This document shows positions 1-13,500 of a DNA stretch of 64,000 nucleotides, one piece after another. The stretch covers positions 62,001 through 126,000 of the forward strand of contig BCIN01000008.1 in the NCBI GenBank assembly GCA_039545335.1, given 5' to 3'. Made by a program: the position numbers and the translations under genes. Below the pieces are notes generated by a model, which worked only from the letters and a program-made list of their open reading frames with translations, made no database searches and was not told the DNA's origin. This DNA is from Kondoa subrosea (lineage: Eukaryota). Every line of letters begins with the position of its first letter. Positions within the stretch are counted from its first letter, which is position 1.

Positions 1-1048
1 ATCAGCAGCATCACCTTCCAAACTCGTCACTCTGCTTAGGACCAATTCTTCGGGAATTGATGAAGAAACATCTTCTTCTTCCCATGAGGACAAACGTTCC
101 ACTTCATCTATATCGGATAGAGTGCCCTCAGACAGGAAAGAGCCAGACATGGAAGATTGATCCCAATCTGTTGTTGGTGGTGTAGGTAGATGAGATAGAC
201 CACCTTTGAGTGCTTGTGGGTTGGGCTGAGAAAGGTTAGGTCTAAGGATATGAGTGATTCGACGGCCTTGGTCATCTGTTTTGCCTGGCACCAAATGAGC
301 ATCATGCAATTACTTTTCAGATTAAGGATAACTTACTGAAGGAGACGACATCCCAGAGCCTAGAGATAAGATGACAAAGATATCGTTCGAAAGGATCCAC
401 TATCAGCCAGCATAGCTGTTTAGGTGATCTTGAGACTTCAACAATAGCAGGTTCCAGATCTTCCGCGTCATCTTGTTCTCTCTTGATCGTCCGCTTGTTT
501 GCAGGTATAGAATGCACCAAAGTAGGATCTACAATCCTCCTTTCTTCGCTTTCTTGTTCAGGTGCTAGCCAAACCAAATTTTTTCTAACATCTAACCAAT
601 CTAGCAGTTCCCGCTCCACAATTTCCAGCAGCTCGTTCGCTCGCGTTCCACTCTTTGCTATCCTAGCCATCGTTCGCCTACAGCCTTTGATACTCATCCT
701 GAATCTCCCACAAGCAGCTGAATAAGGTTCCATACTTGGCGGTTCAATCGAAGGGATAGAAGCTACTCTTCCAAAAGAAGGTGGTGGAGGAATAGGAAAA
801 GTATGAGTTTGTTTCCTAATAGGCATAGGTAGATTGGTAGGATCCGATTTGGAACGAGTTGTGCGATCTAAAGGATCGGACAAAGCCATGGATGCGTTCT
901 CGTGACGCCGAAGACGACGTTTGCCTATACTTCTTGGTCCTTTGTAAGGCTGACGAGAAGATAACGCAGCAACTCTTGGATTGATTGGGACATTCAAGGT
1001 TGCAGGTTGCGACGTTGCAATCGAAGGCTGTAGTGAGATGGTTGACAT
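1..1048 (-). CDS. R3H-associated/R3H-like domain protein (3' end beyond window start)
   Basis: ORF 317..1048 has RRLRRHENA and WLIVDPFERYLCHLISRLWDVVSFS. After a GTAAGT intron starting at 336 the frame continues SKTDDQGRRITHILRPN...LPTPPTTD and runs off the window. Confidence 0.7.
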
Positions 1049-1149
1049 ACTGTAATGTGTGATCTGTAGGAGTCAGGCGCTGAAAGAGAGAGTTGATAAT
1101 AGCCAAAGTTTGAAATGATCGCTGTTCCCAAACAACGGCCAACAATCAG

Positions 1150-2762
1150 ATGACTGGAAATGCCCCTGAACCGCTGTCGGACCCGAAGAACTTTGATTCC
1201 GATGCAGAGTACAATGATTGGATACGGTCTTTAGGCCATGTCGAGTTTGATGACGCTTGGAGTTGGTGACCTATTTCAGGGTTTCACTCTGTTCTGTAGT
1301 AATGCTCTCAGTAGTCCCTCTTCCTTCTCCTTCGAATGAGAACGCGCGTCTCCGTATCACCGCATTACATCTGTGGGCTTCTTCTTCGCTCTGTCTTGGG
1401 TCATGACGATTTGAGCTTTCTCTCATGTTTCTGCTCAGAGGTAGTTTGGATATGGAAAAACATTACATAGCCGACGAAGAGAAGCCATCTCATGAACTGC
1501 TTCATTTGTCCGTCCAACCTCTTCTCGTTCGATTGCTATCTCATTCCCTCGATTCAGACCGGACTATGGCTTTTTGATCGAGCGAGAAGTAGAAGGAAAG
1601 GTCATCAATCGAGTGCTATTTGATCTGGGTCTGCGTCAAGTAAGCTTCCTCTTCTTTTCTATGAGAGAAAAGAGTCTTCTAATGCTTTCACAGATCGGAA
1701 CACCTATGAAAGAAGTTTACAAGAAATCTCAAGAGAAATTCAAAGCTAAGACAGCCAAGAACGCTACAGAATTAGTCAAGGATGAGCTGAAAATCCCTTT
1801 GGAAAACTTAGATGCTGTCATTCTTAGGTCAGCTCTTATCCTTTTATCATTACTCTTCCATAACTTTGGTTCTTCCATAACTTTGGTTGTCCAGTCACAC
1901 ACATTTTGAGTAAGCCTCGTACTCGCTCCCGTACTATTCACAGCTTACGTGCTTTTGTAGTCATATTGGCGATCTCACCTTATTCCCTGCTTCGGTCGAT
2001 TTGGTTCTGGGAGCAGACTCATCTTCCGCACAAGAGGAATTAGTAGATCAATTAGACGTACCTGCTTCTTGTTTGGAAGAAAGGACCATTCGGATACTGG
2101 ATCGACAAAAAGATGATTGGGTCAAAATTGGTTCCGGTTGGAGTGCAATGTAAGTTCAATCGTAGGTTCAGTGAGTGCAGCTTACTAACAGCTTCAATGC
2201 AACAGTGACTATTTTGGTGATGGTCTGATGTACCTCCTGCATTGTCCAGGCGTGAGTTCATTATTGTCTTTTAAAGCACCATAAATTTGTCATAAGATTG
2301 GTTCACAGCACTACAAAGGACATATAGCAGCTCTAGTACAACATTCGCCTGGTAACTGGCTGGTCTTAGGTGGAGATGCGTGTCACCTGCATACTCAGCT
2401 CTCGCAAGATAAATCGGTCAAGATTGGTTTATTCCCCTCTGCTTCTAATAAGAACAGATTGACTACCTTGGATTACGATATTGAGGATGCTGTAGGTCCT
2501 CTAAACTCTTGTCCGGCACAAGAAGCTGATCATGTCTCTGAACAGTATCGGAGTCAATCTGCTTTTTCAACCGTTGTCTGGTTGCAATGCTGATAGACGA
2601 ACAGGTATCGCTCGTCTACGTCGTATGGAGAAAGAGAAGAACATCCTCTGCTTCATAGCTCACGATGAACAACTCGATGTTTGTATGAATCAGGAAAGTC
2701 AAGTGACGAGGCTTGCTGGAACTTCCGAGGAGTTTACTCGATTGAAAGGGCATTGTATCTAA
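1150..2762 (+). CDS. Metallo-beta-lactamase fold hydrolase (multi-exon)
   Basis: Spliced motifs VLFDLGLR and LDAVILS-HTHFD-HIGD (HxHxDH, with a 15-nt microexon at 1895-1909), plus GHIAAL, LGGDACH and IAHD. ATG 1150 is inferred through an intron; ATG 1302 is the alternative. Confidence 0.8.
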
Positions 2763-3017
2763 GCGGTGCTCATAGCTGTCCCTTGTCCCTTGTACCCCCC
2801 TTCTTCTCCCTGATCAGTCCGGACCGGTTATGGCCGTAGCGTGCTAAGGCTCGTCAATCTCAACCCTAAGGCTCGCTTCTGACCAAACTTGATAAGGTCA
2901 ATTGATCTATACGTAGCTTATATATATAGTGAGCTACCCTTCACAGCACCAATGTTGCACTGTATCGACATCTGACTCCTCTTGTCTTTTGGAATCCAGA
3001 AATCACAACAACTCTCA

Positions 3018-4003
3018 ATGCCTCCGTTTGTCAAGCCCCTGTTCTTATGGAACAACAGCTGATGCCCTTATATGCTCAGTCTAGGAAAGACAGAAAGGTT
3101 AGACCCCTGATTCGTCCACAAATGGTCACAGCCCGCAATCTGAACTTGGGTTATTTCTGTTCTATACAGTTTCGGTCAACAGCTCACCGGTCATGATCGT
3201 ACGGCCTCTTCACTGATTCTAACATTGTGTGGTGTGCTGATCGTTGATTGATAATACAGCCCTGCATTTAATCGCTACCTACGACGATCCCGACGAAGGA
3301 GAAAACCCAACTGTTCTTCAGCGCTCTCTATCTCGTACATTGACTGTCAGTACTACAAAGTATTCGTCTGCATTTGCTGATGGGTGCTTCGGGTCTGCCA
3401 GCGAGATGACGAAGAAGTCTCAAACAGCAAGTCTCCTAACGTCTACATTGATGAATTGAACGGCAGGTGAGAAGGATTGCGTCTGACATCAATTCAAAGC
3501 TGATACAGTTCAAATAGTGATACTCTCGGAACTGGTAAGAAGTTTCAAGATCGGAAAGAAGCTTGGCTAATTATACGACTCTCGGAACAGGTTCAAAGCA
3601 AGCACCTTTCCAATCTGTTTATGGCGCTTTAGTAGCAAGAGGCGAAAACGTTTCACTCTTCATCAAACGTCGTTGTGTTGACACGCAAACCAAATACTGG
3701 GTTCCAGCTGAAGAAGGCACTTCAGTTGATTTGCAACGATTCAGAACTATCGATCGAGCTGCTGAAGCTGCTGCTCATCAAGAACAAATTGACAAAGCCA
3801 GAAATGCTAGACGTCGTGTCAATGACGAAAAGGCTGCAGGCAACTTCAAGGGCAACTCTGGTGCAGCAACTAAGGAAGCTCCTGCTTCATCTACGCCCGA
3901 GAAGAAGGGAGGATTTGGTAGCAAACTTAAGAAGTTGTTCAGTCCGTTATCGCTTTTCCTTAAAAGCTGTTTTCAGGAACTGATGTTGTCGGCAATAGGT
4001 TGA
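3018..4003 (+). CDS. Small protein with AsnRS N-terminal-extension-like domain and no synthetase core
   Basis: Hand-spliced product: MPPFGQQLTGHDPLHLIATYDDPDEG...NVYIDELNGSDTLGTGSKQAPFQSVYGALVARGENVSLFIKRR...KKLFS*. Introns are GT-AG. Confidence 0.65.
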
Positions 4004-4559
4004 GCGACATCGGAACAAAGCTACATCAATCTGCGACACTTCACACCTTCCTGTATAGGCAACCTTCTCTTCTGCTATCACCTCTCCTATCACAAAGCCT
4101 CGTCCCTCAGTTACAAGAAGCGAAGAGGGCGCCTTGGCTTTTTTTATGTGTGCTTTTAGTCTCTCTTATATTATAAACCAATAGTATTTTGCAAAGAATT
4201 GTACCAGTCGTATACACAATCCTGTTTGACTATTGTCCGACCGCGAAAGACATTCTCAAGCTGAAACTGTCTAAACTAAGTTGTTCTGCATCGTCCAACA
4301 CAGGACAGAAAGCCTAGATACCACTGCATACCGCTAATCATACCCACTGCACCTGAAAGCATGTGTGCTGCTTCTTAGATATCCTTGCTCCGAGATTGTT
4401 TTGTTGCACTTCCCTGTTGAAGTTGCAGACCTACTATTCACGCCTTTGGCTGGCCAATCATATCCCTCGTTCCGTCGGCATACTTTCTCCTACCTGGCCT
4501 TCCATCCCTCAGCTTGCGACACCTACTTTGGTTGACTAGAAGACCAAACTTGCAGCAGA

Positions 4560-7500
4560 ATGTCGTCGGCTTTGGACCTACCCCAGTCCTTGATACCAGG
4601 AGTCAATTGGTTGTTTCTAGTGGAAATGATTGTGGTCGTTTCGCTGGCAACGTTCTATCTCTTCTACTTGAATCGATTTCTGGCTGCGGTCATTGCTTGG
4701 GCTGTCCGACGCTGGTTCTGGAAATCTTCAAACATTTATCTCGAGATTGGATCAGTTCAAATATCTTTATTGGGAGGTCGAATCCTGTTTCGGGACGTTC
4801 GGTATCAATCTAGAAATCAAAGCTTACGAGTTTCTCATGGTCATGTTACTTGGCGATATTGGTTTTGGAGAGTTAGAGCAAGTGATGATCTGAAAAAAGA
4901 AGATCAGACTAGACCTTGCAGGATTACAGCTCAAATTGAAGGCGTTGAATGGTTCTTGTACAATCGAACTGTTGCTTATGATGCGATTTTGGAGAAGTTT
5001 GGTTATACTCAAGAAAGACCTGTCTCTAAGTTCAATGGAGGAGGAGGAGCAGCAGAGAAGGAAGAGGGACTCTCGAAATTGAGATCAAGATCAGATACAA
5101 TGTCTACTTCTACTTCTACTCTATACGAATCAAACAAGAAGGAAGGGATCGATTGGTGGTTGGAAGCATTCCCTGTTGAAGTACACGTCAACAAAGGTTC
5201 AATAGCTCTTGGCAATAACGCAACACCTATGCTACTCATTTGTGGCTTCGATGAGATGTCAGCTACTTATGGAGCTATCGAATCGCGTTGCAAGCTGGAT
5301 CAATATAAACAAATTATTCAGAGTCATTTCATCAATCCCAAGGTTGTTTGGCGCACCAATCTAGATTATGTACAACCAATGTTAGCTCAAGGGGAAAATG
5401 TTGTGCAGAAACTCTCAACAGAAAAGTCAGCTTGTGTCGTTCATTGTCTTCTTTAAAGCTGAAGTATATGATTGTTATAGAGCCTTCGAGGAAAACGCTC
5501 GAGCAGAAAATTGGATGTCCACTGCTGGATTTCAAGCTTTCAGGGCCAAATTGTTTACAAAGAAAAGCGAAGATCTCGCCAAGTCGCTGGACGACCTGCT
5601 TTCCCATCCAAAAGAGAAGGCTTGGACCGGTCTTGCCCGATATAACACATCATCTATGGAGAATGGAAATTTAGACGAATATGCCAAAGTCGCGACTTTA
5701 CTTGATTGTCCTGCTATCGATGTCACATACTATGCTGATGTGGCTGGAAAAGTGCCTACACATCCTGAACCTCTTCCAAAACACGCTGGAGCAGAAACAA
5801 TCGATATCCGTAATGGCGGTCCCTCGCCAGAATGGGGTGCTGATCTGGTTATTAAAGGAGGAAAGATCACCTATGGACCATGGGCAGATCGACAAAGAGC
5901 TATATTCCAAGAGATCTTCTTACCTCCTTCTTTTCTTGATAATGAAATTACACCCCAACTGACAGCTGGCGCAACCCGTATATGTACTGCTATGAAAGTC
6001 TCGATCCACTTTAAGCGGCCAGAAGGTGATGAGGAAAGCGATCTAACAGAAATTAGAATTCCTACTCGCGAACCGTCAAAAGACTGGAAATACGACGGTC
6101 AAAGCGATGATGAAACATACCATAACAGCAGAAGACCTTATGGTTGGTACCTGATCAAAGTTGGTCCCGAATCGTCGATCAATGCCGTGGTACCGATGGT
6201 CGTTGGTTCTCAAGGTTATGAAACTTTGGTGGAAGTGCACCTGGTCGACCTTTCTGTCGAGACTCATGTAATTGCGAGACCTATGCTCAGAGCAAGGTCT
6301 TGTCGTATCTCTGCTCAACTGCCCGTGCCACTTGTCTGGGATGAAGCTAGAACTTGGTTTTTCCACGTCAACCTCTCGAAAGCCAAAGGTCAACCAAATT
6401 CTGAGATCTTTCTGCTTCGCGATCACATCAACCTTCTTACCGATACTGTTCAAGACTTCACTTCTGGCCCACCTGGTAGATACGAGCACTTTGTAGCAGT
6501 CTCTTACGCTATCGATCTCCATTTCAATGATGTCAATTTAGTCCTGTTCCTCAATGAAGGCAATATTATTAACGAAGCATGGCCAGATGCATCCGATTGC
6601 GTGTTGACTGTATCCCTGCCAAAAGCAGAAGCGTCTGTCGACATCCCCTCGGAAGTGTACAAACAGACCATGAGTGAAATAAAATTTGACGTCAAGGTTC
6701 GCCCCATCATAGTCTGACGTCCTCGTAAGTAACGCATCTCTGCAGCTATCAGACCTCAGCGCGTCAATGAGCATGCCAAATTGGACTACACACGGAGCTT
6801 TCTCTGTCGAAGCGATGAAGGATTTTGCGCAACTTCCCAAAGTCAACATAACCGGAAGCTATCTCTCGTTTGCTGAAGTAGATCCAGCGAATGTTGAATT
6901 GCTTTGTTTGGAGGTCCAGGTTGGCTATGCTACGACCCATTGATTAGGGCGATTACTGACTCTTAGTAGGCTGAACATGCTGTTGTCAAATTGCTAGGCT
7001 GGATCGTTAGGCACTTCATGATCCTCAAGGACGTTTATTTTGGCTCTTACACTCAGTATCGTGTCTGGGAAGAATACAGAGATCGCAAGAACATCGAAGG
7101 TCGTATAGGAGATCCCATAGAAGCAAAGTACCGCCCAGGAACTAAGAATCTGTTCGAAGTGAACTTGAGCCTGTCTGCGCGAGATAGTCTAGTAGTTCTG
7201 TCTCAAGGTAAATCTGGCGATTGTACTATTGCTTTTCGTCTGAATACTATGACAGAGATCTACACTTGCAATGGCGCTGCGATAGTAATGGCTCCCAAGC
7301 TGGACGTTGTTATGAGGAATCATGATTATTTCATGTAAATTTTGTCTTCTCTGATTCAGGCCACTACCGACTCATTCCCTCACTCAACAGGGAGCTGGAC
7401 GTCGATATTGGGCCTCTCAGAGCGTATGTACAGCGCAACCTCTGTATGTACTCAGCATTGATTTGCTGGACATGTTCGCAGGCATGTCGCGGACAATTGT

Positions 7501-10500
7501 CGACCATTCTTAGCACCAGTACCTCGTTATGATTTATCATTGTTGAAGAGCGATGTCTTAGCTCTTGCTGGTTTGTCACCCTCGCGATATGGAATATTAG
7601 CTTGCTGAGTCTGTTGACAGATCTTCAGATCGAGGCGAATCGCTTGTTTGGACCGAGACCGCATACGGCTACTTACGTATGTCCGAGCCTTTTCAGAGCC
7701 GAATGTTCATAATGTGCGCCTTGTTATCGTAGCTCTGCATATGGGAAATTTGGATTGGACAATTGCAGGCTAATCTTTCTCTTCTCGGCATGAAAGGTCT
7801 ACAAAATGTTGCAAGGAGCTTCACATACAACTTCGCAGATCTCGATAATGCTCTGCCGCCGGATCTCCTAAGGCCGATCGACCCAGACATGACTTTTCTG
7901 GCTGTCAATACGCAGTCTGTAGACTTGCGTCTGAATATTCAGGATGACGCCAGCCTATCAGTACAATTACCTGTTGGTTTGGAGATCAAATTCGATGATA
8001 AACCTTTCGACCAATTCCTCGACCATTTGTCCGCATTTCTGCCAGAAATCAATGTCTCCCTGTTGTTATCTCAAGTTGGCCGGAACATGGACTGGATAGA
8101 AGTTGCATCCTTCCACAGCGGGATGCAAGTGTGTACCAGTAGCTCGCAGAACAATCGGCAGGAAGTTGCCGGGAAACAGCTAGATTGTGTCAAACAGCAA
8201 GATATTTGGACCAGACGCTGTGCCTTCCTGTACGAACGGGAGGTAGTAGCCGAGGAGAAATCAGAGTATTACGAAATTCTAGAGTCCTTCTTTAGTAAGT
8301 AACGACTCCAGAGCGTACTGCTAGTGCTCATTTTGGTGTCAAGCCTCGTCCAGAAGGCAGATACTGCCCAAGTCTACTAATCACGCATTAAAGTACGATC
8401 GTATGATTGTCCTACACCAAGGCTGATATAATGAATACAGACAATCTATATCTGCCTCAACCTACCATTCTTCAAGACGAAATGGCAGTATAACTGATAG
8501 CATAGCACCTTATGTGTCGCTGTTGCGTCGCTTTGAGCAAATAGAAGCCCACGCTGAGCAAAGTACCTTTCGACTCAAAACAGTATGTGCGACCATATTC
8601 AGGACAGCACGCGCTGATGGTACATGATCTAGGGTCACGAAAAGGGTCACCGATTGGCCCCTACGGCTTTGCCTGAACAGAAAGCGAGATTTCAGCGCCT
8701 TCTCTCAGCAGAGCAGTCAACATTTCCCGGTGTAAGAAAGTCAATCTACCTGGAACTTGCTACGATGTCAATTTTGGTCACGCCTCTGGCTTCTTCTTCA
8801 ATCCTCGAGATGTCAGAAGTCCTCCAAAGCAAGAACAATACAAGCTTGGAGGTCTTTATGGATGACATGCTTACATCATTCGTTAGCCGGAATAAGACAG
8901 ACGACAAGACATCGAGCAGCGCAGAAATCTGCCTCGAAGTTCCACTCATAGATGTCTGCGCAGTGCAAGAAATAGCTAGCCCGCGTCAACGTACAAACAC
9001 AAGTCCGGTCGTGGTGAAACGCGTTGGCTCTACGCTTCAGCTTGCCCTAAAGCAACTCTCTATGGTGTATCGCGCAGCAAGTATTCACGATCTCCAGAAA
9101 CCGCTTACAACTTCGTCGTCGGGAAAGGCGTCCTCAGCGCATACACAAGCGATAGGCGTGGTGTTTACCGAATGCACTGCAAACCTGTTCAATGCCGGCG
9201 CAGCAGAGACTGCAAGCGATTTAGCATCGCCAGATATTCATGCAGATCTCAGCTGCTACATCGCCAAGACGCATTTCCAGATGAACGACGCCGTGGATAG
9301 CGTCACTTGTTCAGGAAAACTTGGCGCTGTGCGCACTATTTTCAATGACTTGGCACCTGAATTAGCAACTGGCTCGGCCTTCTGCTGGTTCGCAGCGCTG
9401 ACTCGCAACGACAGTCCTTCAGCAATTCGCCCCCAGAAAGCCATTGCTTTCGGCCAGCTTGTCTTTTGGGCTACTCTATACTTGAGTAAAGACTCGAGCC
9501 AAAATTACAAGGACCCAGACTTCCTGCGAACTGTATTCATTCCAGTTCAAAGTTCGGACAAAACATTCAGGAAAATAGAACAGTGGAAGGTTTGCAAACT
9601 ATCCTTTATCCGTATTGCTGTATAATGAAGACCTTCGAGTAGAATCTTGCTCGATTAAGACACCGACAGCGTCTCTTAGTCGCCTCAGATATTGAGCAAT
9701 GTATCAAGTCGGCTCGGGAACGCTTCATGACCGAAACAGGTGCACTACGACGACAGACAATGGTTGAGTCACTCCGATCAAGTGACGCCATGCCAGAATC
9801 TCAAGTACTGAAAACGCTTCTGCCTCTGCTTGACCGACCTAACGGAATGTCAGCTGTTACACAAATCATGCACAAAATGCTCTTCCTCGAATTCGCAACC
9901 GAAATATGCGAGGTTACACTCTACGATCAGCTTAAGCCAACTCTCAACACCTTAAAAATTAAGCTAATTTTGGTCTCTGCTTCGTCTTCTGGACTGCTAG
10001 ACGATGGCGTCTTTCAACCGACTATCAGGCTAAAGTTGACAGGCGTCTATATTCATGTCGACCCCGTCATTCCTGTAGTTATCAAACACATCGCTCTCGT
10101 CCACGAAGTCTATCAACATCAATTTCAGACAGCGAAGTCATTCAGCGCCACGCAAGATCCCCCTGCTCTCGTTACCTCTCGTCCAGTCACCCAAATCCAT
10201 CTTCTCTTTCTGCTTGAGGAATTCACTGTCGCTTCCGAGGGTTGCGGTGTGGCCCTTAGTTTGGAATTGAAGAATGTTTCTATTGCTGGTACAGCTCCGC
10301 TGCCCATCGAAGCGATGCAACGCAATAATATTGGACCAGTGTTCCTGGCGATCGATGCAGTCAGTGTTGTAGCGTCAGAACCACACGAGAAACCATCGCG
10401 TTCACGCCTCGGCATTGCCAAATTTTCCAATTTGCGGGCGCAAGGCAGTCTGCAACTCAATCGTGGCCCAGCATCCAAGCAAAATCCGTCTGACCCACTG

Positions 10501-13500
10501 CGGATTACAGCAAATGTTGCGGGCAACCTTGGACAATTGCTTGTGGCTGTTCCTAGAAGTCTGCTGCGGATGCAGCGATTTGTTGATGAATGGTACACCG
10601 ATTCATTCCCAGAAACGCGCTTTATAATGCAAGACCTACGTCGAGAACTCGAACTCTCTAGAGCAAGGGCGAAGACGATCAGTCCTGTCAACTCTAGCAA
10701 TGATGCGAATACAATGAGCAGCCAAATTATCTCACTTTCTGTGAACGGACAATTCCTTCTGCAGCAAATTTTAATACAGATTCGCGCATCGAGGGCAATC
10801 CGCGCCGATTATTCTTTATCCCGCGTCCTCTTCTTTGGCAAAAAAATACCATTTCTGCTTGACTCGCCAGAAAAGATCGAGTTCGGCGTAGAAATTGCCG
10901 AACAGAGCCTGGACTTTGTTGCGATGGACCATGGTTCCACAGAATTGAGTAATGAAGGCCACTTCACTCTGCCCGCGATGCGAGCTCACGGTTCCAAAAT
11001 CGCCCAAAAGATCAGTCTATCTACTTCGGTAGACATTGTCAACATTAAGATCACAGCTACTAGTATGGACAACATCTTTAAAGTACAAAGTCGCTTCGGG
11101 CAGGACTTCGACAATTTGCTGTCCATCTTCGAGAGCCGAACTGCAGATAAGAAGACGGAAGCTTTCGATATTGCTAGGTCCTCAGAAGATCTACCGAACC
11201 ATGTTCAATGGGACGCTCAGCTAATCGTTCACGGATTCAACATCGCCTTAGCCGGTCCTGGCGTAACGCAAAATCTGGAAGGCAGGCAGATCACTGCTAG
11301 TATTGTTCCGGCCCAACTGGAGCAGCAGCACGAATGGTCGGGCTCTGCCGCTATTCTTTCCCTGTCTCTAGTGCACGAAAATGGCTTGGTGCAGAGTTCA
11401 ACGAAAGCAGATACTCCTTACCGTATGGCATTCTTCACTCTCGGTGGTTTGAAGATAGGCAATAATCTTCGACTAGCCGACGAGCACGTCGCACAAGAGA
11501 CAGCCGATACTGATGTCAAATCTATTCAAGTACAGCTGCATTTCCCCCGGGTCCACGCTGTTGCACAGCCTGCAGCACTGACATCGCTTGTGGATCTCTA
11601 CGACTATTACTCAACCGAAATTCGTAATCGCAAGGAACAGCGGTCAGAGGAATTGGCTCAAATCGCCGCTCGTGTGGAGCAAACCAAGCAGACGCTAGGG
11701 CTTTCTGATCTATCTGCAATCGCTGTCAAAGGGCCAACTCTGTTGGGACGCCTTGATCTTCGCCTTGTCATAAGTAACGTTGGTCTAGCTATTCCTTTGG
11801 CAGACGAAGAAATAGATGATATGAAGCTTGAGAAACCTTCATTACGACGCCGTCGGGATATCAGCCATTACCAGATCGCCTTATTAGCTAGTACACCTTC
11901 TGTACGGTTTACTAAGGAGCCTGGATTGACTGGCAGCTTTGCTGTCGAAGAATTCTCTGTTTCGTTTGTGGAACAATTTGATCAAACTCAAGAGTTGCAC
12001 TTTCGAAGGAAGACACATGTCACTCACAATACTGTTCTTCTGCCTCACTCGCAATTTGCAGTCAGACCGACCAATGCACTGGGTCGGTCTCGCGACTTTC
12101 AAATTCATCACTTCGAAGTTCAGGCTTCGAGTGCTGCTTTAGAAATTCAAATCGACTCGTCTCTTGTTCCTCTAATCTTTACGCTGATAGAACTTTTCCG
12201 TGTGGGCCAAATGAGACTGGCGAGGTTGCAGCAAGTTGCGTCAGAGGTCAACAAGCAAGTCGTCCCAAAGGACGACAGCAACGTCCCATCCTCCGTCGTC
12301 GCCGAATCCAAAGAGGTCGCTCCACCTTTATCCGCACCCGTACAAGGCGCGAAGAAAAAAACCGTCATCCAGGCTGCATTGGATTTCAAAGGTGGCAAGA
12401 TTATGATTTATTCTAAGCAGCAGGCGCCAGATTCGCCAGATCTCAACAGCAGAACTCACAGGCGTCGACATTCCCTGCTCAACGAAAAGAAGATGGCGAG
12501 ACATTCAAGCTCAATGCCTCAGTCCAATTTACCGCCTGATGTGATCGTATTTCCCGGCATTGAAGCTTCTGTCGGCTATCAAGGAGCCCTCGACATCTCG
12601 GACTGGGCCGCTACAGTGAAAGAGCAATCGAATCTGCAAGTGAGTATCATTATTCGAACGAGTCAGAACATAGTCAGGCCTTCCTTGCTGCCTATATTAT
12701 CTCAATTCGGTCAAGAGTTCAGTAAACGTATTCATGAACTGGACGAGATCCCGCCCTCTTCTCAGAATTCTCAAAAGAAGACCGCCGCTGAACTGACGGA
12801 CTGGCTGCCAACCGATAGAGTCGCCCAATTGCAGGCATCCATCAGCTTGCGAATCGAACATTCTGAATTTCAGATCACTTGCCAACCTACGGCTCCTGTT
12901 TCGGTAACGCTAAAATGGCAAGGCGGAGGCTTTCTCTTATCTCTTAGCCCCTCAACAAAAGATATCAATTTCGTGGCTACCGTCGATGCAGTTAGCATCG
13001 ATCTTCGACACGCCTTTTCACCTGAAGCATGCGTGTCGGCCAGCGCTAGATCTCTTGTTGCTGCCGTCAGCTTGATAGAAGATATGCAGGGTAGCGAGGC
13101 ACGTAGAAGCACCCGTCTACATATCTTGTCGAGTGCGACAAAGATTTTCTCGGTCAAAGGCGAAGTCAATATGCGCCAGTTACAAGATCTGTTATCCGTC
13201 AAGAGTGTCTGGCTGGATCGGCTGAGCAGTGTCATTCCTCTGTCAAACACAAGCACTTCACCGGTATCTATCCCAAATGCACCTGAACCGTTGATTACTC
13301 CCACTTCATCGACGAAGAGCGCTATACTTCAATTACACATTTTCCAAGTTGAAGAGACGTCGTTGACCCTAATGGGCGGATCGCTGGGTCAATTGGCCAT
13401 GTCCTCCGCCAACCAGGTTGCCCGTCTGCATGCCTCACCTGGATCCAGCCGGGACTGGGAAGTTGCTGTGATCAAGCTCGAAGCTATTCTGACCGGTCAT

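Noticed and set aside
2861..2869. Telomerase-template-like CAACCCTAA
   Set aside because: A short match overlapping a promoter repeat in a 250-bp intergenic gap, with no room or supporting structure.
10125..13304. Long antisense ORFs inside CSF1 (and 27274..27966)
   Set aside because: Shadow frames of real genes with no domain-like content.
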